A stretch of DNA of 64,000 nucleotides, taken from Leptolyngbyaceae cyanobacterium. GTDB taxonomy: Bacteria; Cyanobacteriota; Cyanobacteriia; Phormidesmidales; Phormidesmidaceae. The stretch spans positions 192,001-256,000 of the forward strand of contig CBDHHL010000032.1 in assembly GCA_965263355.1 (NCBI GenBank), in the 5' to 3' direction. Numbering within the stretch: position 1 is the first letter of the stretch; every line of letters begins with the position of its first letter. A program made the position numbers and the translations under genes. Below the pieces are notes generated by a model. That model saw nothing but the letters and a program-made list of their open reading frames with translations. It was not told where the DNA came from and made no database searches. This document shows, piece by piece, positions 63,264 to 64,000 of this stretch.

Positions 63264-63457
63264 TGTTCAGGTAACTAAATAATTTTTTTTAATATGTGCT
63301 GTTTGTACAGTGTTCTAACATGCGAGGGGGAAACCGGAGTTTTTTTAAGAAAGTCACAAATAGTATAGTGAACGTCTGTCACTAAGAATATTTATGGTTT
63401 ATAAATAGCCTGAAATATTTTTATATAGTGCTCTACAAAACCGTATTGACTGTGTGC

Positions 63458-64000
63458 ATGTATCGCCCTAAGTTACCTATTATTCTCAATCTATGTTTGG
63501 GTACTGGTTTGTCTACCCTAGCTACTTTTGCTGTAGCTCGCTGGGAACGTGCTAATTATTGCTATCAGTTCCAACGTCAAACCGATGGCCTTAATACTGC
63601 TCTTCAGCGCAGTATTAATCGGTATACTGATTTACTCCTTGCCCTAGGAGACTTTTATACTGTTTCCGAACAAACTGTCTCCCGTGCTGAATTTAATAGT
63701 TTTATTCAAAGGGCACTGACCACCTATTCGGGTATCCAGGCTCTGGAATGGGCTCCAGTAGTCTATGAGCAAAATCGCAACACCTTCGAGGCGACTATCC
63801 AAGCCGAAGGCTATTCCACCTTTCAAATTACCGAACGAGAAAGTCGCGGCGGTCTTACTCGTGCCGCATCCCGACCCTATTACATTCCGGTCACCTATCT
63901 GCAACCCTTAATGGGCAACGAACTTGCCCTCGGCTACGATCTCACTTCCGATCTCACTCGCCGCACCGCCCTTGAAACCGCCCGAGATACTGGTCAAATA
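63458..64000 (+). CDS. CHASE-domain sensor protein, partial
   Basis: Hand translation: MYRPKLPIIL (TM)...GIQALEWAP...YIPVTYLQPLMGNELALGYDL...RRTALETARDTG; open to the window end. Confidence 0.88.
   Translation, partial: MYRPKLPIILNLCLGTGLSTLATFAVARWERANYCYQFQRQTDGLNTALQRSINRYTDLLLALGDFYTVSEQTVSRAEFNSFIQRALTTYSGIQALEWAPVVYEQNRNTFEATIQAEGYSTFQITERESRGGLTRAASRPYYIPVTYLQPLMGNELALGYDLTSDLTRRTALETARDTGQI

Noticed and set aside
2510..63904. Numerous 60-185 aa ORFs overlapping recognised genes (e.g. 3683-4042, 18252-18809, 43120-43515, 51090-51482, 63644-63904)
   Set aside because: Antisense or alternate-frame shadows without motifs

Overview
Chromosomal window of a cyanobacterium. At least 23 HIP1 GCGATCGC octamers were counted by eye, and NDH-1, PetC, an NtcA promoter and cyanobacterial DUFs are present. 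Housekeeping genes: stand-alone EF-G, rpsD, thrB, thrS, ndhD2-like, nfi, an ATT-start second-type infC and a Nik/Cbi MQO ECF transporter. Accessory blocks: (i) a 26.5-31.3 kb island with an unannotated ~240-nt sRNA, DUF302, DUF2892, an alternative Rieske PetC2, two YeeE/YedE genes and a BigR/SqrR-type ArsR, where a 20-bp pseudo-palindrome precedes each transcription unit (best candidate for an undescribed regulon); (ii) IS3/IS4 remnants and decayed genes at 28-37 kb; (iii) an ACAD-fold flavoprotein/one-Cys OsmC/NTF2/TetR group, followed by a Nit1C nitrilase cluster with a canonical NtcA promoter and no nitG; (iv) an H-NOX/HNOBA kinase pair. Other structure: two divergent genes sharing one CATG start palindrome, GTAG-type perfect palindromes, and several short tandem duplications and frameshifts that may be real decay or assembly artefacts. 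No rRNA, tRNA or CRISPR array was seen. Family assignments come from recognised motifs; no searches were run.
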